From Candidatus Latescibacterota bacterium (GTDB taxonomy: Bacteria; Latescibacterota; UBA2968; UBA8231): a DNA stretch of 64,000 nt. Each line of letters begins with the position of its first letter. Position 1 is the stretch's first letter. Made by a program: the position numbers and the translations under genes. The notes beneath the pieces were generated by a model, which worked only from the letters and a program-made list of their open reading frames with translations, searched no databases and was not told the DNA's origin. The stretch covers positions 544,001 through 608,000 of the forward strand of contig CBDETK010000013.1 in the NCBI GenBank assembly GCA_965242865.1. The letters are read 5' to 3'. Below, one piece after another: positions 36,226 to 45,739 of the stretch.

Positions 36226-37398
36226 ATGCGAGCGACCATCTACACTTACCCTTGGGACCTGTCGGACGAGGGCATTGACTCGGCCCTAGACACCATCGCC
36301 CACACGGCTGGTCTCAACAGCGTCAGCCTAGCCCAGAGCTACCACGTATCGACGTATTTTTTACCGCACAATCCCCGGCGGCCCCTCTACTGGGGAGAAG
36401 AAGGCGCGCTCTACTTTGAGCCATCCCCCGCCTTTTACGACGAAAGCCCCATCGCCCCCCTGATCAGCCGCGTCGTCGATGGCCCAGATTACATGCACCG
36501 GCTCGCGGATGCCATCCGAGCGCACGGGCTCGACCTGACGAGTTGGCTGGTCTTCAACTACAACCACTACCTGCCTCAGCACTATCCAGACGCGGCCAAG
36601 CGCGATCCCTTTGGACACATCAACCTAGCCCAGCTTTGTCCGGCCAGCCCCTTAGTGCGCGACTACGCCCGCGCCCTCTGCCGCGACATTGCCGCGCAGT
36701 TTCAGCCGGACGAGTTCCACCTCGAATCGCTGGGCTACCTGCCCTTTAGCTACGGGTTCCGCAATCCCAAAATCGGCGTGCAAATCGCGCCCTTTTGCGA
36801 GCTGCTGATGGGGTTGTGCTACTGTCGGCACTGCTTGCAGCGGGCCGGTGCCCTCGGCTTGGATGGGGAGGGCTTTCGCGCCGAGGTCGCCGAGTTCCTC
36901 ACCCGCGAACTCGCTTCTAATCCTACCCCGGAAGCCATGCGGCCCCCGAATGCCGAGGCCGTAGCCGCCGCCTTTTCTGGCCGCTTGCAGACCTTGCTCG
37001 ACGCCCGCGTCGAAACGGCGACCTCGCTGGTGGAGGAAGCCGTTGCCATTGCCGCCCAAGCCAGCGCACGGGCCTCGTTCTTTGGGGGCCGCGACCGGGT
37101 CGTCAACGGGCTTGATGCAGAGCGCGTCCTCCGCAAGGTGTACATGGTCAACGCCGGCGTGGGCGACGCCCCGGACGCACTCGCCGCTAGCGTCCGCACC
37201 CTGCGCGACGAGTTCCCAGCCGACACCGGCCTCAGTGCCATCGTCCACCCCGGAGGATTCGCCGACAGTGCCGCGCTCGGCGCTCATCTGACCGCGTTGC
37301 GTCAAGCGGGCGTTCAGGGCTACGCCTTCTACAACTACGGCCTCATCCGCCGCGCCCACCTCGAATGGATTGGCACTCACCGCCATTTGTGGGCATAA
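36226..37398 (+). CDS. Hypothetical protein, probable glycoside-hydrolase-like TIM barrel
   Basis: YPWD, LCPASP.VRDY, FHLES, CYCRHC, FYNYG; AAGGAG RBS. Confidence 0.65.
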   Translation: MRATIYTYPWDLSDEGIDSALDTIAHTAGLNSVSLAQSYHVSTYFLPHNPRRPLYWGEEGALYFEPSPAFYDESPIAPLISRVVDGPDYMHRLADAIRAHGLDLTSWLVFNYNHYLPQHYPDAAKRDPFGHINLAQLCPASPLVRDYARALCRDIAAQFQPDEFHLESLGYLPFSYGFRNPKIGVQIAPFCELLMGLCYCRHCLQRAGALGLDGEGFRAEVAEFLTRELASNPTPEAMRPPNAEAVAAAFSGRLQTLLDARVETATSLVEEAVAIAAQASARASFFGGRDRVVNGLDAERVLRKVYMVNAGVGDAPDALAASVRTLRDEFPADTGLSAIVHPGGFADSAALGAHLTALRQAGVQGYAFYNYGLIRRAHLEWIGTHRHLWA

Positions 37399-37410
37399 GG
37401 AGCTTTTCTC

Positions 37411-38430
37411 ATGGACATCCCAGCGATCCAACGCGCCATTGACGCGCTGCCCCGCCATTGCCTGACGCATTTGCCCACGCCCTTGCAGCACTGTCCGCGG
37501 CTGTCGTCCGCGCTCGGCGGGCCGCAGATATGGATCAAGCGCGACGATCTAACCGGCCTCGCCTTTGGCGGCAATAAGTCCCGCTACCTCGAATTCACCT
37601 TGGCCGAGGCCACGTCCCAAGGGTGCGATGCGGCCGTGCTGAGCGCGGTCGTCCAGTCCAATCACTGCCGCCAATTCGCCGCGGCCTGCGCCCAGCTCGG
37701 CCTCCGGGGCGTCGTCGTCCTGCGCGAGGACGATTCCATCATGGGCCGCAAGTCGCCGGCTCAGGGCAACTACCTTTTAGACCAGTTGTGCGGGGTGCGC
37801 ATTCACTTTGCTCGGCCCGAGGGGGTTGGCGCAGCCATAGCCGAGGAAGTGGAACGGCTCGAGGAAGCGGGGTGCAAGCCTTTCACCGGCCTGTCCGGGT
37901 TGTTGTCGCGCGTTGCCTATATCCAGTGTGCCTTGGAAATCGAAACCCAACTGCGCGTTGCGGGCATCCAAGCCGATGACGTAGTAATCGGGTCTGGGGG
38001 AGCCAGCTTGGCCGGGCTGGTGGCCGGTTTTTCCCTCATGGGTCGGTCGGTCGGCTTCCTCGGCACGCCCCAGAGCAAGATGAGCCAGCCCGAAGGGGTG
38101 CCGGAGCGCGTCGCGCAAGCCGCCGCAGAGGCCGCGGCCCACCTCGGCCTCCACTGCGCGCCCGACCCGGAGCACATCGCCGTGACCGATGCGTACGTCG
38201 GCCCGGGCTTCGGCCACTTGGACCGCGCCACGCTCGACAGCATCCGCCTCCTCGCCCAGCGCGAGGGCATCTTCGTCGATCCCACCTATTCGGGCAAGGG
38301 ATTGGCCTGTCTGATTGATCAGGTGCGCCGAGGGCGTTTCCACGCCAGCGAAAACATCGTCTTCGTCCACACCGGGGGAACGCCGCTGTTGTTTGCCTAT
38401 GGAGAGGAATTGGTGGGAGCGCGAACCTAA
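37411..38430 (+). CDS. D-cysteine desulfhydrase/ACC deaminase family PLP enzyme
   Basis: LPTPL, IKRDDLTGLAFGGNKSR, QSNH, DPTYSGK, FVHTGG. Confidence 0.9.
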   Translation: MDIPAIQRAIDALPRHCLTHLPTPLQHCPRLSSALGGPQIWIKRDDLTGLAFGGNKSRYLEFTLAEATSQGCDAAVLSAVVQSNHCRQFAAACAQLGLRGVVVLREDDSIMGRKSPAQGNYLLDQLCGVRIHFARPEGVGAAIAEEVERLEEAGCKPFTGLSGLLSRVAYIQCALEIETQLRVAGIQADDVVIGSGGASLAGLVAGFSLMGRSVGFLGTPQSKMSQPEGVPERVAQAAAEAAAHLGLHCAPDPEHIAVTDAYVGPGFGHLDRATLDSIRLLAQREGIFVDPTYSGKGLACLIDQVRRGRFHASENIVFVHTGGTPLLFAYGEELVGART

Positions 38431-38460
38431 GACGCTTGAGTTTGGTTTAGATGTTGGACC

Positions 38461-38895
38461 TTACTGGGCGGACTTTTGTTTTGACAGCGCAATACCGCCT
38501 TCCTCAATCCCCAAGGCCCCGACGACTTCCTTGATTCGAGCGAGCCGGGCCGAGGCGTAGTCCGTGGCTTCGTACCGCTGTATCTGTTGTTCCTTGAGGC
38601 CGAGGCGTTCGGCCAGCTCTTTTTGACTCAGTCCTTGAGCGATCCGCGCTTTGATCAGAAGGGTCGGCAACTCAGCGACAGCCTTGAGTTGATCGAGTTG
38701 AAACAGGCCGGCTTTTAGCGATTCATATTCGCGCAATTCCTCTTCTAGGTCGGCGATTTGGCTGCTGAGGGCCTCGCGTTGCGCCTTGACAATGAGCGGA
38801 TGTACTCCATCGCCCTTACCAATGCCCTGCAAGGTCTGCGAGAACCGCTTCGCTTGCGCTTTGGTAAGCCGATATTGCCTTTCGTTTTTGATCAT
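38461..38895 (-). CDS. XRE-family HTH protein (HigA-like antitoxin/regulator)
   Basis: MIKNERQY N-terminal helices; LIKARIAQGLSQKELAERLGLKEQQIQRYE HTH; GGAGG RBS. Confidence 0.88.
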   Translation of the reverse strand: MIKNERQYRLTKAQAKRFSQTLQGIGKGDGVHPLIVKAQREALSSQIADLEEELREYESLKAGLFQLDQLKAVAELPTLLIKARIAQGLSQKELAERLGLKEQQIQRYEATDYASARLARIKEVVGALGIEEGGIALSKQKSAQ

Positions 38896-38911
38896 TGGAA
38901 ACCTCCCAAGT

Positions 38912-40444
38912 CTATGGCCCCAACCCCAACGGCCCCATGAGCTCGTCCAGCGCGTCGGCCAGCGGCTGTGGGTTGGCGAGGTCGGCGATGATGGCTGCTA
39001 GGAAACGAACGCCGCCGCGACGGGCAAAATCCGCAATCTGCGCGTAGCTCAGCTTGGGCAGGTCGGCTAGCTGCTCGCCGACTAGGTGCGCGAGCCGGTG
39101 CTCCAAAATGGGCGGTCTCTCGGCGTACGGCATGTTCTTCAGCAACAGGATTAGGTCGTTGCGCGCCAAGACGCGCTCGCGGACTCCGTAGCCCAAGCGG
39201 CGGCAATATCCGGCAAAATCGTCCAAAGCATCCGCCCGGCCCCCGGCCAAACCCAGCGCGTCCTCCCGGCCAAAGAAGGTCGTCATCGCGGTCCGGGCGA
39301 TCAGGTAATGGCCCCACACCGTGGGATGCAAATACTCGGTGATGAGCGCGTCTCCGACCAAACCCGCCGGCGCGTGGGCGGCAAACGCCTGCTCCACGTC
39401 GATCAAGAGCGCCCCAGACTGCGCGGCCAAAGAGCGAATGGCGCGGTTGAAGGGCGAGCAGGCCCGCAGGTGAATGCCGTCTAAATCGCGGGCGCGCACA
39501 AACGCGGCGAGTGCTTGGGCGGAATCCCCGGCCGCTTGGTGGGCCGAGCCAGCGGCAAAGTGCAAAGCCGCGTGTTGGGGATACTCCGCGGGGGTCGCGT
39601 CCGGCGGCGGGACCGGCCCCTGCGAGCGCAGGGGATAAAATCCGGCCAAATTGGACACCAGCGTACAGAGCGCGACCGGCACTGCGCGTGCGCGCAGCAC
39701 TTCGATCATCTCGGCCATGTTGCGCTGGTAATGAGCCACAGTCTGCTGGTGCGCTTCGTCCCCCAAGTAAATCTCGCGCTGCACCAAGTGGACGCCAAAG
39801 GACTCGGCGGGCGCGGCCGGGCGCAGCGAGTGCAGGAGGCTGTCGAGCAGGTAGTAGAGCTTGGTCCGCTGCAAGAACAGCTGTAGCTGGATGAAGGACC
39901 AGTTGCCGCTCAGGCGGGCAAACGGCGTCGCGGCCCCGTACGGCCCGACGAACTCGTTGTGACCGGCGTAGATGAGGACCAAATCCGGCTCGTGCTCGAC
40001 CACCTCCTCGACAAATTCGCGCAAGACAAAAGAATTGGTGGCGGTGACGCCGCAGTTGACGACCTCGATTGTGCGCGCTGGATACGCATCCGCGAGCATC
40101 TGGTGCAGGAAATTGGGAAACGAAGTGTACGCGGGATTGGGGAAGCCGAGCAGGGTGGAAGCTCCGAGCGCGAACACGCGAAATGTGCGCGCGTCTTTCA
40201 CGCGGGCAAAGCGGTCTTGACCCGGGGCCAAGCGCACGTACTGGCGAGGGAAGAAGCGTCGGGCGGCCTGCGGGTTGATGCGGTAGGACGAGTCCGTAGC
40301 CGCGAAAAGAGCGTCGTCCGGGCCGATGCCAGCCAGCCACAAGGCCGCCTCCAAGAGCGCGACGAGCGACAAACCAACCAGCAGGGCAAGGCCCCGGTCT
40401 TTTGCTCTGCGTACCGTTTTTGCTTTGTTTGTCGCGTCCATCAA
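38912..40444 (-). CDS. Membrane-anchored SGNH/GDSL hydrolase-like protein with a TPR-like insert
   Basis: ALGAST (block I), NCG, YAGHNEFVG (block III), EYLHP (block V variant); N-terminal TM. Confidence 0.8.
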   Translation of the reverse strand: MMDATNKAKTVRRAKDRGLALLVGLSLVALLEAALWLAGIGPDDALFAATDSSYRINPQAARRFFPRQYVRLAPGQDRFARVKDARTFRVFALGASTLLGFPNPAYTSFPNFLHQMLADAYPARTIEVVNCGVTATNSFVLREFVEEVVEHEPDLVLIYAGHNEFVGPYGAATPFARLSGNWSFIQLQLFLQRTKLYYLLDSLLHSLRPAAPAESFGVHLVQREIYLGDEAHQQTVAHYQRNMAEMIEVLRARAVPVALCTLVSNLAGFYPLRSQGPVPPPDATPAEYPQHAALHFAAGSAHQAAGDSAQALAAFVRARDLDGIHLRACSPFNRAIRSLAAQSGALLIDVEQAFAAHAPAGLVGDALITEYLHPTVWGHYLIARTAMTTFFGREDALGLAGGRADALDDFAGYCRRLGYGVRERVLARNDLILLLKNMPYAERPPILEHRLAHLVGEQLADLPKLSYAQIADFARRGGVRFLAAIIADLANPQPLADALDELMGPLGLGP

Positions 40445-40456
40445 TCGCTAAAAAAC

Positions 40457-42403
40457 ATGGCTGAAATCGACCCCTCTGACAATGCGCCGGCCGCCATTAC
40501 GGGCCGGAGCATCCTCGTCGGTGCCGCGCTGAGCTTGCTCATTGCCATCGGCATTCCCTACGGCAGCATGGTCGTCCAAGGCTCGCGCCTCGGGCTGAGT
40601 TCGGCCACGCCAGCCGCCTTCTTCCTGCTGTTCGTCCTGCTGCTGACGGTCCAAGTCGCCTTGGGCCGCTACGGTTTTCGGCGCGGCGAGTGGGTCGTCA
40701 TCTTCGCCATGATGGCTGTCGCCACGGCCATCCCCACACGCGGTGTGGTGGGGATGCTGCTGCCCATGATCACCGGCACCTTCTACTACGCCACTCCCGA
40801 AAACCAATGGGCCGCCTTAGTCCATCCGTTTCTGTCGGATTGGATGGTCGTGTACGATCCGGCCGCGGTAAAGGCATTTTACGAGGGCACCAAAGGCTCG
40901 GCCATTCCCTACGGCGTCTGGCTCAGGCCCCTCGGGCACTGGTTGGTGTTCTACGCGGCGTTTTACGCCGCCATTATCGCGGCCATATCCATCTTGCGCC
41001 GCCAGTGGGTTGACAACGAGCGCCTCGTTTTTCCGCTGGCCCAAGTTCCCCTCGCCATGATCCAAGACAGCGGCGAGCAAAAACTCCTCAAGCCCTTTTT
41101 TCGCAACCCCATCTTGTGGTGCGGCCTGCTGGTGCCCTTCTTGTTCAACAGCACCAACGCCCTGCACCACTACTTCAACTTCGTCCCCGCCCTCGCCCTC
41201 CAGACCAGCGTCGAGCTGTTTAGCCGCACGGCCTCGCTCAACATCCGCATCAACTTTTTGATGTTTGGCTTTGCGTACTTCATCAACTCCAATATCGCCT
41301 TCAGCCTGTGGTTTTTCTACCTGCTGCACGTGCTCCAAGAAAGCATCTTCAGCTACGTCGGCATTTTCAGCCCCGAGGAGTTGGGGCCTTGGACCGGGTC
41401 GGGGCCGGTGGGCGCGATCATGGGGCATCAGATGATGGGCGCGCTCATCGTCTTGGTGTGCTATGGATTGTGGACGGCGCGGCCCCACCTCAAAAACGTG
41501 CTGCGCAAGGCCCTGTGGGGCGACGACCGGATCGACGACTCGCAGGAGATTCTCTCCTATCGGGCCGCGTTTTGGCTCTTCGTCGTCGGCGTGACCGCGA
41601 TGGGCTTTTGGCTGTGGAAGAGCGGGATCCCGGGTTGGATCGTGCCCTTTTTCCTGTTCTCGTCGCTGGTCATATTCATCGGCCTAGCGCGCATCATCGC
41701 CGAGGCCGGCATGCCCACGGTGACCCCGGAAATGGTCCCGGCCGGCTTTGTGGTGTCCGGCGTTGGCGTCCCGGCGCTCGGCGCGCAGGGCATGGTCGCC
41801 ACGGGCTATTCCTTTGTCTGGGCCGGCGATTTGCTGGTCTTTATGACCGCGCCCCTCGCCAACAGCCTGCGCTTGGGCAGCGTGATCCAGGGCACTCGCC
41901 GCCCGCTCTTTTGGGCGCTTGTCGCGGCCATGCTCATCAGCCTCGTGGCCTCCTGCTGGTTCATGCTCTACCTCGCGTACCGCGATGGCGCGCTCAACCT
42001 GCATCCCCAGTACTTCACGGGCTTTGCCGCATACCCCTCGGACTTTGCCGCACAAAAGCTCGCCAACCCCACCGGGCCGAGCCTCGTCGGGTGGCTGTGG
42101 ACGGGTTTCGGGGGCCTGATCATGGGCGGCTTGATGACCGCTCGCCACTTCTTGGTGTGGTGGCCCTTTCACCCGCTCGGGTTTGCCGTCAGCACCGGCT
42201 GGGTAATGAACAGTATATGGTTTTCGATATTTCTCGCTTGGCTGATCAAGATCGCCGTCCTCAAATACGGCGGCCCCCGCACCTACCTCCTCACCCGTCC
42301 CTTTTTTATCGGAATCGTGCTAGGCCAATTCGTCGCCGCCGGCCTCTGGCTAGTGGTAGATGGCTTCACCGGGATGGTCGGCAACCGGACGCCGGTGTAT
42401 TAG
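40457..42403 (+). CDS. Polytopic membrane protein, DUF6785/DUF6784-like (putative transporter)
   Basis: ILRRQWVDNERLVFPLAQVP, ARIIAEAG, WWPFHPLG, KYGG..Y...PFFIG; many TM segments. Confidence 0.8.
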   Translation: MAEIDPSDNAPAAITGRSILVGAALSLLIAIGIPYGSMVVQGSRLGLSSATPAAFFLLFVLLLTVQVALGRYGFRRGEWVVIFAMMAVATAIPTRGVVGMLLPMITGTFYYATPENQWAALVHPFLSDWMVVYDPAAVKAFYEGTKGSAIPYGVWLRPLGHWLVFYAAFYAAIIAAISILRRQWVDNERLVFPLAQVPLAMIQDSGEQKLLKPFFRNPILWCGLLVPFLFNSTNALHHYFNFVPALALQTSVELFSRTASLNIRINFLMFGFAYFINSNIAFSLWFFYLLHVLQESIFSYVGIFSPEELGPWTGSGPVGAIMGHQMMGALIVLVCYGLWTARPHLKNVLRKALWGDDRIDDSQEILSYRAAFWLFVVGVTAMGFWLWKSGIPGWIVPFFLFSSLVIFIGLARIIAEAGMPTVTPEMVPAGFVVSGVGVPALGAQGMVATGYSFVWAGDLLVFMTAPLANSLRLGSVIQGTRRPLFWALVAAMLISLVASCWFMLYLAYRDGALNLHPQYFTGFAAYPSDFAAQKLANPTGPSLVGWLWTGFGGLIMGGLMTARHFLVWWPFHPLGFAVSTGWVMNSIWFSIFLAWLIKIAVLKYGGPRTYLLTRPFFIGIVLGQFVAAGLWLVVDGFTGMVGNRTPVY

Positions 42404-42468
42404 GAAGGTCGGCGGATTAGGAAGGTCGGCGGTCTGAAAACCCATCTCGAGGCCGTCTGAAAACCCAT
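42399..42468. repeat. Two short direct duplications: ATTAGGAAGGTCGGCGG x2 and GTCTGAAAACCCAT x2
   Basis: 42399-42415/42416-42432 and 42432-42445/42455-42468. Confidence 0.9.
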
Positions 42469-42475
42469 TTGGGTC

Positions 42476-42646
42476 GTTGGGGCCGGCCCCCGTGCCGGCC
42501 CCCTAAAAATCAGGAGAATCAGGAGAATACAAGGTTGGGGCCGGCCCCCGTGCCGGCCCTCATCATTCTAAAGAATCAGGAGAATACGAGGTTGGGGCCG
42601 GCCCCCGTGCCGGCCCTCACATTCTTAAAGAATCAGGAGAATACGA
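42476..42646 (+). repeat. Three units of about 57 bp, each with an identical 26-bp REP-like hairpin GTTGGGGCCGGCCCCCGTGCCGGCCC plus AATCAGGAGAATAC
   Basis: Copies at 42476-42501, 42534-42559, 42591-42616; 8-bp stem GGGCCGGC/GCCGGCCC. Confidence 0.92.
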
Positions 42647-44287
42647 ATGCATATAGGAATTTTACTGGTACTGGCATTGGTCTTATCGTCATGCACCCAA
42701 ACCGAGCGGCCAGTCGCCAAAATCGACGAAGACCCCATCTCGGCAGAAAGCCTGCGAGCCTTTGTCGAAAAGCTGCCCCCGGGCCTGCGCCACCCCGAAG
42801 GCGGCCACGCGGCCCGGCGTCAATACGTGCAATCGCTCATCGACCGCCAACTGATCCTCAAAGAGGCCGTCGCCCACGAGCTGGACACCCTACAAGCGGT
42901 AAAACGCGCCGTAGATGAAGCCGTGGATGCGCGGGTCATCGCCCTCTATCGGGCGCGTCACATAACCGCTCAGGTGCAAGTGCCCGAAGCAGAGGTGCGG
43001 CGAGTCTTTGCCGAAGAGGGCTATGACCGCGAGCGTAAGCTCAACGCTATTTTGGTCCACACGCGCCCGGAAATCGAAGCGGCCGTGGCCGCCCTCGAAG
43101 CGGGTCAGCCCTTTGCCGAGGTGGCCCGCGCCCACTCGCTCGACAAACGCTCGGCCGAACGGGGCGGCGAGTTGGGCTTTATTGGCCGCGAGGCCGCGCC
43201 CAGTTTGCACATCCCAGCCGAGGTTTTTAAGACCCTGCCCTTGGGGGAAATATCCGCGCCCCTGCGCGCCGGCCGCAGTTGGCACATCGTCCGCTTCAGC
43301 GAAGACCGCGACGCGCCCTACGAGCGCTACCGGCCCCTCATCGAGGAGCAGCTCTTCCGCGAGCGGTTGGCCCAAGTGGAGGCCGAGCACTTTGAGTCGC
43401 TCGGCGCAGCGGCCGGGGCGGCCCTCAATCGCGACGGACTCCAGCTCATGCTCGGCGCGGCCCAGCGCGAGGACACCAGCCTGCTCGATACGTGCGCCAC
43501 GCCCCTGTACACCTTTACTGAAGGGCAAGCCACGGTCGCGGCGGCGTACAAGGCCCTGCGGCGGCTCAATGCCCAGCGCAGCCTCAAAGACAGTGCGCGC
43601 ACGCGCACCGCACTCGACCGGCTGGTGCTGCGGCCCCTCCTCCAACGACGTGCGGCCCGCGAACAGGGCCTGTACGACGACCCGGACGTCCAGCGACTGG
43701 CCACGAGAGCCTATCAAAACGCGCTGCTCAATGCGGTGCGCCACCGCTTCGCAGCCGTCGAAATGCTGTCCGACGCCGAGGTGTGGTCATACTACGACAG
43801 CCATCCCGACCTGTTTTACCACGAAGAGTCCGTTGAGGTCGAAGAGCTGCTCGCGTCCAGCCCGGCCGAGGCCCAGTGGCTCGCCGACCAACTCGCGGCC
43901 GGTGCGCGCTTTGCCGAGCTCGCGGACCGCAGCGTACGCGCCCAAGCGGCCCAGTCGCAAGCGCGCTTCCACTTCCATCCACGCGACGAAAAGCTCTATC
44001 CGCGCCTCGTCCCGGCCATCGCGGCCGCGCAACCGGGCCAGCTCGTCGGGCCGGTTCGGGTGCGCGACGGGTACTCGGTTTTCCGCGTCCAAGGGCGCAA
44101 TCCCGGCCGGGTCGAGCCGTATGAACAGGTCCAGCGCCGCGCCCGCGCCCTGTTGCGCCGCGAGCGGGAAAATGCGGCCTTCACCGCTTTCGTCAAAGAC
44201 CTGCGCCAGCGCTATCAGAGACGGGTCGAGATCGACGAGCAAGCGCTCAAAGCGGCCCTACCGGACTCGCTGGTCCAAGGCACTTGA
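42647..44287 (+). CDS. Parvulin-type peptidyl-prolyl isomerase/SurA-PrsA-like foldase lipoprotein
   Basis: LSSC lipobox; FAEVARAHSLD..SAERGGELG, GEISAP...WHIV; second degenerate rotamase domain. Confidence 0.85.
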   Translation: MHIGILLVLALVLSSCTQTERPVAKIDEDPISAESLRAFVEKLPPGLRHPEGGHAARRQYVQSLIDRQLILKEAVAHELDTLQAVKRAVDEAVDARVIALYRARHITAQVQVPEAEVRRVFAEEGYDRERKLNAILVHTRPEIEAAVAALEAGQPFAEVARAHSLDKRSAERGGELGFIGREAAPSLHIPAEVFKTLPLGEISAPLRAGRSWHIVRFSEDRDAPYERYRPLIEEQLFRERLAQVEAEHFESLGAAAGAALNRDGLQLMLGAAQREDTSLLDTCATPLYTFTEGQATVAAAYKALRRLNAQRSLKDSARTRTALDRLVLRPLLQRRAAREQGLYDDPDVQRLATRAYQNALLNAVRHRFAAVEMLSDAEVWSYYDSHPDLFYHEESVEVEELLASSPAEAQWLADQLAAGARFAELADRSVRAQAAQSQARFHFHPRDEKLYPRLVPAIAAAQPGQLVGPVRVRDGYSVFRVQGRNPGRVEPYEQVQRRARALLRRERENAAFTAFVKDLRQRYQRRVEIDEQALKAALPDSLVQGT

Positions 44288-44290
44288 GCG

Positions 44291-45739
44291 ATGCCTGTGC
44301 GCCTGTTGCTGATGTTGGGGGCACTCGCCTGCGCCGACCCACCCGATCCGCAGGACGCGCCGCGCCGAGAGGAAGCCCGCCGTTTGCTCCAGCGCGGTAC
44401 GCTCTTTTTGCAACAGGAGCGGCCGGCCCGGGCCCTAGCGGTGCTCGCGCAGGCCGTGGCACTCGATTCTGCGTCGAGCACCGCCCAGTTTCAAAAGGGC
44501 CTAGCCCACGCGCGGCTCGACCAGCCCACGCGCGCGATTGAGGCTTTCAGCCGCGCCTTGGCCCTCGCGCCCGACCAGCCCCGCGCTCACTTTGCCCTCG
44601 CCGCGGTGCTGCGCGACCAGCATCGCTATCTAGAGGCCGCGGCCCAGCTAGAGCAGGCCATGGCCCTCGCGCCCGACCGCGCCAAATATCACTTCTATCT
44701 GGGCGAGGTGCGGCGCGCCACCGGCGATTTTGCCGGGGCCCTCGCGGCCTTCAACCGCACCTTGGAGCTCGCACCCGACCACCTCGCGGCCCGCTACTAC
44801 CACAGCGACCTCCTCATGCGCGATCAGCAATTAGCCCGGGCGCGCACCGGGTTTGTCGAGCTGCTCGCCCGCGACCCGGATCACGTCCAAGGCGGCCTCG
44901 GCTTGGGCGGCCTGCTCATCCGCCTCGGGGAACCCGAAGCAGCCATTCCCGTGCTCCAGCGCGCCGCGGTGGCCGCCCCGCACAATCCCGCTCCCCACTA
45001 CCTACTGGCCCAAGCCTACGCCGCGGGTGCCCGGCCGGACGACGCCCGCAACGCGCAGGGCCGCTTCCAGCGGTTGGGCGCGGCCGAGCGCCACCTCAAT
45101 CAAGGCAACATTTACATCCGCCAAGGCGCGTGGGACAAGGCGATTGACTCCCTAAAGCGCGCCTTGGCCAACGACTCTACCTCGGTAGAAATTCGCCTGC
45201 GCCTCGCCACCGTGTACGCGCAGCAACAGCGCTTTGCCGACGCCCGCGCCGCGCTGGAGCAAGTCCTCGCCCGCGACCCCGATCACCGCGACGCCGGCCT
45301 CATGTTGGGCGACCTGTACCTGCACGAGGGCGCGCTAGAGGAAGCCTCCGCGCACTTTGGCCGCGCCTTGGCGCTCGATCCTCACTCCTTTGCCGCGGCG
45401 TATGGCTTGGGCCGGACGCGCTTCAAACGCGGCGATTTTGCCGGAGCTGTCGCTGTGTTGCGCCGAGCACTCGCCCGCAATCCCGACCACCGCGACGCCC
45501 ACTACGTCCTCGGGCTGGCTTACGTGCGCCAAGCGCGCTACCGCGACGCCCGCGCCCAGTTCGCCCGCAGCATTGCCCTCGACCCAGACCACGCGGAATC
45601 GCACTACGGGTTGGCGCTGATCTTCGTGCAGCAAGGGCAGCGGGAACGAGCGCGGCACGCCTTGCAACAGGTGCTCGCCCTCGCCCCGGATCACCAACGC
45701 GCCCGGGCCAAGCTGGGCGAACTGGACCCAGGGCCGTGA
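44291..45739 (+). CDS. Tetratricopeptide repeat lipoprotein
   Basis: ALAC lipobox; about 12 TPR units of the type A..ALAP....A.F.LG. Confidence 0.9.
   Translation: MPVRLLLMLGALACADPPDPQDAPRREEARRLLQRGTLFLQQERPARALAVLAQAVALDSASSTAQFQKGLAHARLDQPTRAIEAFSRALALAPDQPRAHFALAAVLRDQHRYLEAAAQLEQAMALAPDRAKYHFYLGEVRRATGDFAGALAAFNRTLELAPDHLAARYYHSDLLMRDQQLARARTGFVELLARDPDHVQGGLGLGGLLIRLGEPEAAIPVLQRAAVAAPHNPAPHYLLAQAYAAGARPDDARNAQGRFQRLGAAERHLNQGNIYIRQGAWDKAIDSLKRALANDSTSVEIRLRLATVYAQQQRFADARAALEQVLARDPDHRDAGLMLGDLYLHEGALEEASAHFGRALALDPHSFAAAYGLGRTRFKRGDFAGAVAVLRRALARNPDHRDAHYVLGLAYVRQARYRDARAQFARSIALDPDHAESHYGLALIFVQQGQRERARHALQQVLALAPDHQRARAKLGELDPGP

Noticed and set aside
39959-40456. N-terminal extension of the 814-aa ORF
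   Set aside because: Antisense to the SGNH gene; the membrane protein plausibly starts at ATG 40457
42452-42461. GCCGTCTGAA, identical to the Neisseria DNA uptake sequence
   Set aside because: Only one copy noticed in 64 kb; consistent with chance
42476-42646. Possible mini CRISPR array (26-bp palindromic repeats with ~31-nt spacers)
   Set aside because: The spacers are near-copies of each other and no cas genes are present; better explained as a tandem REP-like repeat
42469-42918. 149-aa ORF with repeated ENTRLGPAPVPAL peptide
   Set aside because: Translation of the non-coding tandem repeat; overlaps the PPIase start in another frame
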